DNA from: a virus
Lineage: Duplodnaviria > Heunggongvirae > Uroviricota > Caudoviricetes
Direction: 5' to 3' (one strand)
DNA: 64,000 nucleotides
IMG/VR virus record: IMGVR_UViG_3300012347_000338
Location: 1-64,000 of that record
Shown one piece after another: positions 8,839-18,120 of the stretch (position 1 is its first letter; each line of letters opens with the position of its first letter). The translations under genes were made by a program, and so were the position numbers. The notes below the pieces were generated by a model. It had not been told where the DNA came from. It did not search any database and saw only the letters and a list, made by a program, of their open reading frames with translations.

Positions 8839-9203
8839 CCCCAGAGAAAGCTCTCGAGCTAGTCGGCCGCTATGCGCGGCTGACGGCACAAATTAAAGAC
8901 TGCAAGGCCCGCATCGGTGATTCGCTAGAGCTATGCAACGGCATAAGCGGAAAGCGAAATGAGCCTATGGCCCATCGCGAAACGGACAGCAAGAATCGCG
9001 AGCTCGATGTCCACCTTACCCAGTGGTACACGCCGGATTGGCAAGGCGACTATGGCGATCAGCCTGTCTATGACGACATTGGCGAATGGAGCGCTGAGGA
9101 ATGCCCGCATTGCTACGCGGCACACCTTGCAATTCAAGAGCGCAAAGCTGCACGCAAAGCGCTTGGCTATGTCAAGGCAACAATCTCAAGGAGCCACAAA
9201 TGA
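8835..9203 (+). CDS. hypothetical protein
   Basis: ATG 8835 after GGGAGG. Confidence 0.45.
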   Translation: MTPEKALELVGRYARLTAQIKDCKARIGDSLELCNGISGKRNEPMAHRETDSKNRELDVHLTQWYTPDWQGDYGDQPVYDDIGEWSAEECPHCYAAHLAIQERKAARKALGYVKATISRSHK

Positions 9204-9303
9204 AGATCGCCCTCATCTGGCAGTCGCCTAAAATCTTTTGGCACGCAGGCTTGTACCTGAAAATCAACAACAAACGCTATCGCATAATCGCAGTGGGACC
9301 ACG

Positions 9304-9564
9304 ATGACTGAAGAAGTAGAACACAACTGGAAATTGGCTCAGGCCTTGTCTGAAGCGCTTGGCATCCCTGTGATGACCGAGAACGCTGTCGAGCTTGAGA
9401 ACCGCCTGACTTCCATGGGCAACAACGCCATGGCTCACGGCTTTGCGCTGGCTCGCGACATGTGCTTCCGAGCCGTGGCCACCCGCCCTATCAGCGACAA
9501 CGCCGAGGTTATGTGCGAGCGCATTGACATCGCCGAGGCGATTCAGAAAGTCGGTGCGGCATGA
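9304..9564 (+). CDS. hypothetical protein
   Basis: internal ATG 9304. Confidence 0.4.
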   Translation: MTEEVEHNWKLAQALSEALGIPVMTENAVELENRLTSMGNNAMAHGFALARDMCFRAVATRPISDNAEVMCERIDIAEAIQKVGAA

Positions 9565-9755
9565 GCCACATGACGAATGGCGAGAAGCTTGCAATCGCCG
9601 CCGGAGAAAACCTAGAGCTCGGGCTTGTCCGAGTGAGTGGCCGATACGCCAGCGGCGTGCCCTTCGAGCGCGAGTACACGATCAACGTCAACTTGCGTCA
9701 GGGCGACAACTTTTACTTTGACTTTGACCTAGCCTACCCAGAACACAAAGAATGA
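9561..9755 (+). CDS. hypothetical protein
   Basis: coupled ORF. Confidence 0.35.
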   Translation: MSHMTNGEKLAIAAGENLELGLVRVSGRYASGVPFEREYTINVNLRQGDNFYFDFDLAYPEHKE

Positions 9756-9949
9756 CCATCAAGACCACATCAGACGGAGCCGCCGCGGTAGACACCGAGG
9801 TGCGCTGGATTCCTATCGCTGAGCAAGCGCCGCCCTCTGGCGTCAAGCTGCTACTGATCAACCGCAAGTACGGCGTGGCACACCTGAGCATCTACCGAAA
9901 GGCTGATGACTGGTCGCACTGGGCTGGCCTGCCGAAGTTTAAGGACTGA
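9752..9949 (+). CDS. hypothetical protein
   Basis: coupled ORF. Confidence 0.35.
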   Translation: MTIKTTSDGAAAVDTEVRWIPIAEQAPPSGVKLLLINRKYGVAHLSIYRKADDWSHWAGLPKFKD

Positions 9950-9952
9950 CCT

Positions 9953-10219
9953 ATGACTACAGGCTACTTATTCCTAGGCGGACCGATTGATGGCCAGCGC
10001 CGTGTTGTTCAAGACTGCCTTCCTGTTTTTGCGGTCCGCGTTTATCCGCCATTCAAGGCTGGCTGTGAGCCAAATGACATCTCCAAGCTAACGTGCGAGG
10101 ATCACCACTACACCCGCCGTGAGATGTCTGGAGGCCATCGCGTTTACGCGCACACCTCCATCCCAACCCACGACATCTTGGCTCGCCTGCTACGCGGGTA
10201 TAGCCCTGATGCGCTCTAA
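9953..10219 (+). CDS. hypothetical protein
   Basis: last gene of rightward operon; converges with minus-strand operon. Confidence 0.4.
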   Translation: MTTGYLFLGGPIDGQRRVVQDCLPVFAVRVYPPFKAGCEPNDISKLTCEDHHYTRREMSGGHRVYAHTSIPTHDILARLLRGYSPDAL

Positions 10220-10585
10220 CGCCCACCAGGCAGCGTCGCGCTCTTTGGCTTTGGTCATCTGATACGCGACGATCTTCTCGAGCTCCTTCTCCATCCGCTT
10301 CATGGCGGTGTTGAAGGATGCGTCTTTCTCTTCCGTTGACGCCCTGCCCTGGTCGAGCCAGGTGTGGCACGTGTAGCAACCCCACACGCCTTTGAAGTCG
10401 CTTACCTTGTAGCCCTTGCCCTTGCCATCCGAAAGCTTGTTGGAATGGCACAGAACGGTCGTGGCGGGGTCAAAACAGCAAACCCCAGGCACACGTAGCG
10501 TGCAGTCCTTATCGCGCGCCAGAGCCCTGTAATTCGCGTTCTCTTCGCGCTTGTGCTTTGGGATGCCGATCATAGGGGCAGCCAA
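10190..10585 (-). CDS. YbcO-like putative nuclease (DUF1364 family)
   Basis: C..RVPGVC....T.VL.H...GKG.KV.D...C..CH pattern shared with lambdoid YbcO. Confidence 0.6.
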   Translation of the reverse strand: MAAPMIGIPKHKREENANYRALARDKDCTLRVPGVCCFDPATTVLCHSNKLSDGKGKGYKVSDFKGVWGCYTCHTWLDQGRASTEEKDASFNTAMKRMEKELEKIVAYQMTKAKERDAAWWALERIRAIPA

Positions 10586-11001
10586 TCCACCCCGTTGCCA
10601 GAGTAAATGTCAAAGCTGATGGAGACTTCTACCGCTTCAACTGCGCCCAACCCGGCAGCCATGGCGCCCAGTGCGAAGTCACGGCCTGACCCCATGGCGG
10701 CAAAGTCGTTCTCGTACTCCACCGGCAGGAAGCTCTTCTCATAGAACTGAATCTTTCCCGCGGGCGTGACGACCATCAGCATCCCGTTGTCGTCGTCCTT
10801 CTGGATGTCGGGGAAGTCTTCCGGCTTGGCGCCGTTGGTGAACCAGCGGATCATTTCCATGCACGCATGGCCATCGCCGGCACATCCGATCAGGTGGCTG
10901 TTGATCTTAAAGATCTTGGTCATCTTGCCGTGCTTGCAGCCAGAGCTTGTGGCCTGTTTGTCGGCGGCCATCACGCCGCCTCTGTAGCAAATCGTGGTCA
11001 T
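10570..11001 (-). CDS. HslV-like Ntn-hydrolase/proteasome beta-type peptidase
   Basis: N-terminal MTTI, GCAGDG and AAMGSGRDFALGAMAAGL motifs align with HslV. Confidence 0.6.
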   Translation of the reverse strand: MTTICYRGGVMAADKQATSSGCKHGKMTKIFKINSHLIGCAGDGHACMEMIRWFTNGAKPEDFPDIQKDDDNGMLMVVTPAGKIQFYEKSFLPVEYENDFAAMGSGRDFALGAMAAGLGAVEAVEVSISFDIYSGNGVDWLPL

Positions 11002-11507
11002 CGCACCAATCGCGACACCGCACGCTCCGTCATTGCGTCAATCGATTCCAAAATGCCGATGAGCTTGGTGATCTCTTCGCGGTGCTTGCGCTGCACCGGA
11101 CGGCGGCCATCGCCGTGGCAGTGTTTGCAAGCCTTGGCCGATAGCACGGGCGAGTTCTCTTGGAGCTCAAAGCCGCGGCCTTGGCAGTGCGGGCAGACTG
11201 GTGCGATGTGATGGGCAAGCGCGCGCTCAGCGATTGTGCGGATTGCCTGGCCATTGAGGCGCCAGTTCATCTTGGCGTCAATGCGACGCACGAGCGCTTC
11301 GACGGCCTTGTAGGCATCCTTGAGCGCCAGGCGTGACGTCGTGGTGTGCAAGTGCAGCAGCGCGCTGGCAATGGCTGGATTGCGCGCCTCGGCGACGCCG
11401 GCAGCCATCACATAGTCCAGGTCTGTGCGGTGGTCAAAGTCCAGCGACAGATCCGATGAGTTCATTGCGACACCTAGTCGCTCTAACGCAGACGGCCTTG
11501 AGCTCAT
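10998..11507 (-). CDS. putative zinc-finger antitermination protein Q-like
   Basis: CPHCQG...CKHCHG double CxxC zinc motif; position at end of early operon. Confidence 0.35.
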   Translation of the reverse strand: MSSRPSALERLGVAMNSSDLSLDFDHRTDLDYVMAAGVAEARNPAIASALLHLHTTTSRLALKDAYKAVEALVRRIDAKMNWRLNGQAIRTIAERALAHHIAPVCPHCQGRGFELQENSPVLSAKACKHCHGDGRRPVQRKHREEITKLIGILESIDAMTERAVSRLVR

Positions 11508-11857
11508 CGCACTTCCTTTACTTCGATTCCATGCACCACCTTCATGAGTCGGCGCTTGAGTTGGTACTCGCGAGTCTTCATGCCTTTGACGTCCTCGATG
11601 ATCTTGTTGCCGAGGTGGTCGAGGTACTCAAAGTCCGCGATGTATTTGATGACGCGCTGCTTCTTGCCATCCATCACCACCGACGGGATGATTTCAAAGG
11701 ACGGCTGCAGCTGCAGTTCACTGATGTGGCCCGCCTTCTCTAGCGTTTTGAGTTGCACGTAGCGCGCAGCCTCGCGCTTGCTGGCGAAGGTGATGCCGTC
11801 AACTTGAGTTTTTACTGCGCCGTACTTGCTACGGACGTTGCGAACCGGCAGCACCAT
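11504..11857 (-). CDS. DUF1064-family phage protein
   Basis: KYGAVKTQVDGITFASKREAARY...ELQLQ..FEI...GKKQR..KYIADFEY family signature. Confidence 0.7.
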   Translation of the reverse strand: MVLPVRNVRSKYGAVKTQVDGITFASKREAARYVQLKTLEKAGHISELQLQPSFEIIPSVVMDGKKQRVIKYIADFEYLDHLGNKIIEDVKGMKTREYQLKRRLMKVVHGIEVKEVR

Positions 11858-12135
11858 CAGGCTTCGTTCGCTGCCTGTGTCAGTGCAGTACTCGGCTGCA
11901 GGGTGACGACCTTGCGAGGCGGGACCATGACCGTCTCACCGGTATGCAGATTGCGAGCTCGCTTCTCGCCACGCTGGACGACCTTGATGATCCCCAGGCC
12001 AAACAGCGCAACGCTGTCGCCTTTGGAGACGGCCTTCTTGGTGACGGCAACAGCCGACGACAACACGGTGCGCACGGTGCCTGCGGATTCACCCGAGACA
12101 TACGCAACGCGCTTGATAAATTCTTGCTTGAGCAT
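11857..12135 (-). CDS. HU/IHF-family DNA-binding protein
   Basis: GDSVALFGLGIIKVVQRGEKRARNLHTGETVMVP arm motif. Confidence 0.85.
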   Translation of the reverse strand: MLKQEFIKRVAYVSGESAGTVRTVLSSAVAVTKKAVSKGDSVALFGLGIIKVVQRGEKRARNLHTGETVMVPPRKVVTLQPSTALTQAANEA

Positions 12136-12234
12136 TAAACGGTTCCAACAATTTGTTTGTACTGGAACCGTTTATAGCATCAAGCTATCGGTTTGCTCCG
12201 ATGATTAACTGCAATGAATTTTGTCCATTGCAGT

Positions 12235-12726
12235 TCAGGCGTAGCGAAGCACCGTGTCGACGTGTTCGCGCAGCTGGTCTTCTGTCATGGTCGACGACGT
12301 GAGGATCTTCTTCAGGATCACATTGATCACGTCGCTGTACAGGGTCTCAAACTCATCCTCGCTCATGTTCGCGAAGCTGATTGACTTGGCCTCTACCCTC
12401 ACCTCACCGCGGGCGTTGTACACCGCGTCAAAGCGACCGCTCATGATGATTAAGTCTTTGCGGAAGCGGTCGAAGTTCGGCTCAACCTGCACGCCGCGGT
12501 ACTCCTGCGGCTCAATGGTCTCGGTCCAGATGTCGAAGGCATACTTGGCTAGCGTGAAGAACTTCTGCAGGAACTTGTAGTTGCGGATCTGACGCACCTC
12601 AACGCGCACCATTGAGCCAGCCTTGATCTTGCGGATCATCTCGGCATCTTCATCGGTCGCTGGGGCGAAGCCGCCTGTCGGCAGGCGGACCATTAGAAGC
12701 TCAGCCACGGTACGGCTCCCACACAT
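12235..12726 (-). CDS. hypothetical phage protein (DUF1367-like)
   Basis: 163-aa ORF; weak resemblance to DUF1367. Confidence 0.4.
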   Translation of the reverse strand: MCGSRTVAELLMVRLPTGGFAPATDEDAEMIRKIKAGSMVRVEVRQIRNYKFLQKFFTLAKYAFDIWTETIEPQEYRGVQVEPNFDRFRKDLIIMSGRFDAVYNARGEVRVEAKSISFANMSEDEFETLYSDVINVILKKILTSSTMTEDQLREHVDTVLRYA

Positions 12727-13060
12727 TGACGCCGGCAGCCTTGGCGCGACTGGTCATGTCTGCGGTACCGGCGCCACCAGGAAAAGCCACGACGCCGTCG
12801 ACGACCATCTCGATCATCTTCTGGTTGCGCATAGGGCCGGCGGCCTTGCCGTGCTCGCCCCAGTTTGCCGGCACGCTCAGGCATGGGATGCAGCGCTGGA
12901 ATGCCCAGGCGGCAGCAAGCGTGTCAGCACCCTCTGCGCCGCCGTGGATGATCATGCCGATGTCGACCTTGTTGGCCAGCGCATCAAGTGCCTTGTACGC
13001 GGCACGCATGTCGAAGTAGTCGCGCCCTCCGCAGACGATGAAGTTCTTCGCCTCGGACAT
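12701..13060 (-). CDS. SLOG-family/DUF2493 protein
   Basis: VCGGRDY...IIHGGAEGADTLAA.WA...P..W..HGKAAGPMRN...VAFPGGAGT signature. Confidence 0.55.
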   Translation of the reverse strand: MSEAKNFIVCGGRDYFDMRAAYKALDALANKVDIGMIIHGGAEGADTLAAAWAFQRCIPCLSVPANWGEHGKAAGPMRNQKMIEMVVDGVVAFPGGAGTADMTSRAKAAGVNVWEPYRG

Positions 13061-13260
13061 CAGACCATTCCGAACAGGTCAATGCGGTCACGCAAGATTG
13101 ATGAGTACTCGCCCATGGCCACCATCTGGCGGCGCAAAAGGTACTGATCTTGGTGCGACAGCGTGTGGTAGATGGGCGTGCCGATGAAGTTGGTCAAAGC
13201 CTCGAGCTTGGTGTCGAGATCCTTCTTCTCGTCGATTACGCGTTTTTGATGTGGTTGCAT
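13060..13260 (-). CDS. hypothetical protein
   Basis: small coupled ORF. Confidence 0.3.
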   Translation of the reverse strand: MQPHQKRVIDEKKDLDTKLEALTNFIGTPIYHTLSHQDQYLLRRQMVAMGEYSSILRDRIDLFGMV

Positions 13261-13409
13261 TTGGGTACTCCTAGTTGAACAATTCCTACTCCGTCTCCCA
13301 GCACCCAGAGGGCGCGGTTGATTGCGGCTTGCGACACAGTCGCGCCGGCCTTGACCTGGTCAAGGATGTCGTGAGCCTCAAGCTCTTCCTGGTTGCAGTG
13401 GTCACGCAT
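13236..13409 (-). CDS. hypothetical protein
   Basis: internal ATG overlapping DnaC-like stop. Confidence 0.3.
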   Translation of the reverse strand: MRDHCNQEELEAHDILDQVKAGATVSQAAINRALWVLGDGVGIVQLGVPKCNHIKNA

Positions 13410-14256
13410 CGCGCATCTCCTTGCGGGCAGTTGTGCGGTACGAGCTCCAATCGAATGGCACCCAGCGGGCAACCTCAGTCAAGCGGTCAAACACCCGGTC
13501 GCCTACGGCCACACGGAAGTCGTCCTTGCCAAGGTTGGTCATCAGGATGGTCGGACGCACCTCGCGGTAGCGACGGTCCATCACGTCGAACAGAATCGAG
13601 CGCTCGCCATCGGTGCCGTACTGGACGCCGACCTCATCGATCACCAGAAGCGGGATCGCCTGCAGCTTGGTCAGCAGCTGCGACTCGGACATCTCACTGT
13701 CTCGGCGCCACGTGTCGCGCAGCTTGCGGATCAGATCCATCAGGGTGACGTACGCGCCGACATGCTTGGGCAGGATCTCTTGCAGGATCGCCGCGGCCAG
13801 GTGGCTCTTGCCGGTACCAGGGTTGCCAGACAGCACCAGCGACGCGCCTGTCTTCAGGTTGCGGTCAAACTCTTTCGCATAGGTGTAGCAGATGTCGCGG
13901 ACGTTGAACGCCTTGGTCCCCTGCTCTACCCGGTAGTTGTCGAAGGTGCGGCCGACAAAGCGCGGAGGGATCGCGGTGTGCTCGAGCAAGGCCTCAACCT
14001 GCAAGCGGCTGGCTTCTTGCTCAGCACGGATGCGCCTAGCCTCCAACTCAAACTCAGCGTCCTCAAGGCATGTTGGGCACTTGGACCAGACGTCGCGACT
14101 GAAGCCGCCGTAGTTGTGGCGCGTTCCAGTCGCCGTGTACTCGCCATGAGCCTCGCATGTGCGGATCTCGGTCGGCAATGCCGTGGCACCAATCGCACCG
14201 CCAGCCAGAGCCTTGGTGATGTTGCCCATCAGGTCAGCTGAAGGAGCCGTCATCAT
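13402..14256 (-). CDS. DnaC/IstB-like AAA+ replicative helicase loader
   Basis: Walker A GNPGTGKSHLA, Walker B LLVIDEVG; internal ATG 14256 preceded by GGGAGGG. Confidence 0.85.
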   Translation of the reverse strand: MMTAPSADLMGNITKALAGGAIGATALPTEIRTCEAHGEYTATGTRHNYGGFSRDVWSKCPTCLEDAEFELEARRIRAEQEASRLQVEALLEHTAIPPRFVGRTFDNYRVEQGTKAFNVRDICYTYAKEFDRNLKTGASLVLSGNPGTGKSHLAAAILQEILPKHVGAYVTLMDLIRKLRDTWRRDSEMSESQLLTKLQAIPLLVIDEVGVQYGTDGERSILFDVMDRRYREVRPTILMTNLGKDDFRVAVGDRVFDRLTEVARWVPFDWSSYRTTARKEMRDA

Positions 14257-14956
14257 TGATGCCCTCCCGGTAGTTGACCTGAGCGAAGCCAGCGTGCGAG
14301 CTCGGGCGTTTGGCGGATGAGCCGACCGCCTTGCTGTTGCGCACCCAGTTGCGCCAGGTTGCCTGCCAGTCCAGCTTGGCGCCGTCCTTGCCAGCCTTAG
14401 CAACCCAGAAGTCCTTGAACCGGTCTGCCACGTCCTGGATGTTCAGGTCTGGTCGCTCAGTGGTTGCCCAAGCAGCCCAGTCTTCTGGCAACACCCAGTC
14501 TTGCGCCAAGCGCGAAGCGCGGGGCTTACTAGCTTGTCCTGGTTCTTGGTTAGTGGTTCTTGGTTCTTGGTTAGGTGGCGCTTCGTCACCAACCTTGGGC
14601 GATTCGTTCACGGTACGAGCACGAGTCGTGCTCTTTTCCTTACGCTTCGCCTCCCTTTCGACAGCGATTCGTTTGTTCGTCTCGGCCTTTGAGTGGTACT
14701 CAGCGATCTCTTCCTTGATCCGGCTTTGCACGTAAACGCCGTCCTCAAGGGTGAAAAAGCGGGTCAAGACGAACTTGACGGCCTCGAGCTCCTCAGTGCT
14801 GGAGGCCCAAGTCCACTCGATTGCATCCTCAAGCGTGGGGAATCGCTCACGGTCGTAGCACGAGTCGATCAGAAGCGTGTACGCACCGTGCTGCAACATG
14901 GACAGCCGTCCAGTCTTCTTGGCGTAATCACCGATGTTCTTTTTGTAGTAGTGCAT
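14234..14956 (-). CDS. replication protein, YdaU/DUF1376 N-terminal domain
   Basis: MHYYKKNIGDYAKKTGRLSMLQHGAYTLLID matches DUF1376. Confidence 0.75.
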   Translation of the reverse strand: MHYYKKNIGDYAKKTGRLSMLQHGAYTLLIDSCYDRERFPTLEDAIEWTWASSTEELEAVKFVLTRFFTLEDGVYVQSRIKEEIAEYHSKAETNKRIAVEREAKRKEKSTTRARTVNESPKVGDEAPPNQEPRTTNQEPGQASKPRASRLAQDWVLPEDWAAWATTERPDLNIQDVADRFKDFWVAKAGKDGAKLDWQATWRNWVRNSKAVGSSAKRPSSHAGFAQVNYREGINDDGSFS

Positions 14957-15040
14957 CAGGCGCCAATCTCTTCAAGCGTCGGTTCCAAACCGCATGTCAT
15001 TGGAAATTTCACATCATCTTTCTTCCTCGGTGTCCGAGAA

Positions 15041-15124
15041 TAAAAAAAGCCTTAGTCGGGAATCTCATCAGCTTTCACTGACGTTGGCGGACTGGGTTGG
15101 TTCCAGCAGATTCCCGGCTAAGGC
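15041..15124 (-). terminator. candidate intrinsic terminator/attenuator inside leftward early operon
   Basis: 19-bp stem (1 mismatch) GCCTTAGCCGGGAATCT/AGATTCCCGACTAAGGC, about 45-nt loop, then UUUUUUUAUU on minus strand. Confidence 0.4.
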
Positions 15125-15218
15125 TTACCAACATCCCCGCCAAGGGATCTAACTTTCGGAGCGGATTGTAGCAACATTTTCTGCGCTCCCAACTTTTTGT
15201 TTGCTCCGACTGAAAAAT

Positions 15219-15545
15219 TTACGCGTGTTGTATGGCCGCAGCAGCCGGCGACGGTTGTTCCGTTTTCCGGAAATCTGCAGGCTCATCTTTTGCTGGCCGA
15301 ATCGGCCACAGGCATTCGTCAGCAATCGGCCCAGCCATCGTTCGGATGAAGTTGGTGCCGGCGAGATCACCCCAGATCAGCGGCGATCCAAGCGATTCGC
15401 ATAGCCAGACCTGCCTGGACTCGGTAGGCATCACGATCCCAATGTCAGCAGGGTCATAGGCTTTGAGCACCTCGACGATCCTCATCAGGTTCTCTGGGTT
15501 GGCCGCGCGTATGACAAACGCGAGGTCTCCGGGTTGGCAGTTCAT
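15219..15545 (-). CDS. first gene of leftward operon (cro position), paralog of 2574..2849
   Basis: divergent from repressor; MNCQPGDLAFVIR N-terminus paralogous. Confidence 0.5.
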   Translation of the reverse strand: MNCQPGDLAFVIRAANPENLMRIVEVLKAYDPADIGIVMPTESRQVWLCESLGSPLIWGDLAGTNFIRTMAGPIADECLWPIRPAKDEPADFRKTEQPSPAAAAIQHA

Positions 15546-15700
15546 GGGCTAATACCTTTCATCAAGTAGTGACAATTCACTTTAAGTGTTGCAACATTTT
15601 TGCTCGGTTGATTGTCGAAACAAACGATTGGCTTGTCAACGGATTGTTGACCGTGTATGTTGGTCTCTCGTGAACTTTTGTTTGCAACGGGAGACGATTC
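15546..15700. promoter_or_regulatory. divergent early promoter/operator region
   Basis: palindromes TGTTGCAACA and GTCAAC-N5-GTTGAC; TTGACC/TTGACA -35 boxes on both strands. Confidence 0.45.
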
Positions 15701-16198
15701 GTGAAGGTGAAAGATCAGATCAGGGCTAGGCGTGAGCAGCTTGGAATGACCATTGATGAGCTTGCCCGTCGTCTTGAGGTATCGGGCCAGGCGGTTCGTC
15801 ATTGGGAGAGTGGTCGCAGCTTCCCTGGCAAGTCCAAGGCAGGGGCGCTAGAGGCGGCACTGAGCATTACGCTCGACTGGACCGAGGGTGCTAGACCCGT
15901 TTCTAGCGGTAACGCGATGTCTGCCCTTGTGAACCGGTCAGACATCGACCTGTTGTTGTTGATCTGCCAGCTACCCGAGCAGGCTAAGGAGCTCATCGCA
16001 AACCTAGTACGTATGCATCTCACAGCCCTAGAGGGTGGTCGCAAGGCCTTCTCTGAGAAAGTCAGTCAAACGGGCGTGTCTTCGTTCACAGAGAAAAATG
16101 TTGCATCAGCAGCTGGAGAAGTAACGAATGCCAAACCAGACAGCAACTCAGCCAAGGGCTCCAACAAGCGTGCTGCGCCTCGTCGAAAAGCAGCCTGA
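15701..16198 (+). CDS. CI-like XRE-family HTH repressor
   Basis: GTG start after GGGAG; MTIDELARRLEVSGQAVRHWESG HTH_3 motif; divergent from early operon. Confidence 0.7.
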   Translation: MKVKDQIRARREQLGMTIDELARRLEVSGQAVRHWESGRSFPGKSKAGALEAALSITLDWTEGARPVSSGNAMSALVNRSDIDLLLLICQLPEQAKELIANLVRMHLTALEGGRKAFSEKVSQTGVSSFTEKNVASAAGEVTNAKPDSNSAKGSNKRAAPRRKAA

Positions 16199-16391
16199 CC
16201 CAACAATCGTTGAGCAACTTCGTGACCTGTTGCGAGACGCTGAGACCGGCAGGATTCGTGGCCTGCTCGCGTCAGCGCACTACGGCGGCAATCACTATGG
16301 GTACTACGGCGGCGGCACGATGTGCAGCAACCAGACCATCGGCCTAGCAGCGATTTACAATCTTGCAACAAAACTGTTGACAGACAACTGA
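16128..16391 (+). CDS. questionable ORF (Gly/Tyr-rich)
   Basis: overlaps repressor 3' end by 29-70 nt; mixed codon usage. Confidence 0.2.
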   Translation: MPNQTATQPRAPTSVLRLVEKQPDPTIVEQLRDLLRDAETGRIRGLLASAHYGGNHYGYYGGGTMCSNQTIGLAAIYNLATKLLTDN

Positions 16392-16404
16392 ATGTTGATA
16401 TACT
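16377..16404 (+). promoter_or_regulatory. near-consensus sigma70 promoter TTGACA-N16-TGaTATACT
   Basis: read directly; points into ORF-free region. Confidence 0.5.
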
Positions 16405-16559
16405 CGCTTCGCCACCTGGTACATGTGGTTCACTGATTGCTCGGTGTCTCCTGTTGAATGCGCTGGCATTCTCAATGTACCGACCAGCCGATTGGTGCCC
16501 GTAAGGCACCACTATCAAATCAGCGGCGGCGTGGATGGACGCGCTAGGCACGGTGCAGA

Positions 16560-18120
16560 AACATTCAATGCGGCGAGGGATTGATCTCCCGGCGGTCGCA
16601 CTGCGAAGGTGCTGATAGGAAAGTGGAGTGGGCTCTGTTGACGAACAACCCAACGCAAACGCTGGCAGTGTGCGGCAACCTGGAATCAAGCCCAGGCCGC
16701 TGATTTGATGGTGCGAGCGAGGTGCTGACTCGCAGGGCGTGGAACCCCCAGAAGCCTACTCCACGGTAGGCCATGCAATGAGAAGCCGGAGATCAGCGCC
16801 GGCCACCATCAACAAATTTCTCTCGCAGGTTCGCCTGTGACTTGTCGGCCCAAGAGACGGGGTGCCGCACAAGCTGGATTGTTAGTAATTTGCGACATGA
16901 GAACGCCTGGAGTCAGAAGTCCAGCAGAACGGCGTGACAACTCGGAGAGACGAGTACTTTCAAGTCAAGGGCTGAGCACATCATTGATGGAGCTACAGTA
17001 ACGGCCCTTGTCTTGATGGTGAATGCGCAGGCTGAGGCGACACACACAGTAGCGGGGCTCTGATAGGCGTGTAACACCGAAAGCTGGAGATCAGCGCCGG
17101 CCACCATCAACAAAAAGGCTGGATGACTTCATCCTTCAAGACGGCCTCTAAATGTCTAGAAGGGTCTCACTCGACAGTCGAGCGGTACTGGGCGGGCTGT
17201 GCAATTGAGCCACATCACAGAGTGCGAGGAGAACCGGCCAACAGGTCTCTGGCACCCCGGAAAGACGGGGACTTTCAAGTCTTTGCATACCGCGTGTGCA
17301 AAGACTTGATGGTCGTGAAGCAGCGGTGGGTCAGCGCCATCGCATGCGTTTGAAAATCAGCCTCTGCTTTATGAGAGTGCTTCACGACCAACAGACGACA
17401 TGGCCTAACCAGCCACCCTCTGGCATGCGGGGTCACGTATGCAAAGCGAGATGATCTGCTTGGCGTGGTGCCAAGTTGATGCCGGCGTAATCTCGTATGC
17501 TGCAAGACCTTAGTGCAGCACCTATACGCATGGAGATTGAGAACCGTCAGAGAGCGCGTCAGCAATCAATGGCAAACGTCATACAGTCTCCAGCCGTGTT
17601 GGTGAGTGGTAGTCGCTAGGCCCATAGCCTAGAAAGACGCCGATGAATATTGTTCTACCTCCGCTGTTCCGTCGGAGCCTGCGCTCAAAAATGAACGGAG
17701 CCACTGACACCCGAAACATCAGCGGGATACCCGGATGTGACCTGCACGGAGAGACGTGAGCGGAAACCCGCAAGGGCCGCTGGGACTGACGAGATTCAGC
17801 GGTCTGTGGAATTCAGACCACCAACACGCATGGAGATTGCAGTCCACGGTTGCGCCGTGACACGGATCACAGGGGTCGCTCCCTGGTCAGTCTCCAGCCG
17901 TGTTGGTTAAGCGCGATGACACTGTGCGTCCTTGCACGGAGGGTCGGCGTAGGGTTGGGGATTCCCGGCCGCCAACAACCTATTCATTGCGGCGACCTTT
18001 CGCCGAGCGTGGCACGACCTGTGGGCACAAGCCAGCACAGGGCTCGGTAAACAGCTTCTCATGCAATCGAAACTCGGGCCGCTTAGCATTTTTGCCGGGG
18101 ACGAATGAGAGGAACGTGCT
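16560..18120. repeat. tandem diverged repeat units of about 300 bp (two subfamilies)
   Basis: GCCGGAGATCAGCGCCGGCCACCATCAACAAA at 16785 and 17084 (299-bp spacing); ACGCATGGAGATTG at 17526 and 17826; GTCTCCAGCCGTGTTGGT at 17586 and 17890; ACTTTCAAGTC at 16956 and 17271. Confidence 0.6.

Noticed and set aside
16066-16689. 207-aa minus-strand ORF spanning the repressor 3' end and the start of the ORF-free region
   Set aside because: The Cys/Arg/Ser-rich translation is typical of antisense reading of GC-rich DNA. There is no RBS, and it overlaps a well-supported gene.
16500-18120. Possible CRISPR array or tRNA cluster in the repeat region
   Set aside because: The repeat units are about 300 bp with no short spacers. 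No GTTCGAnTCC T-loop or cloverleaf was found, and no cas, RT or tRNA-adjacent genes are present.
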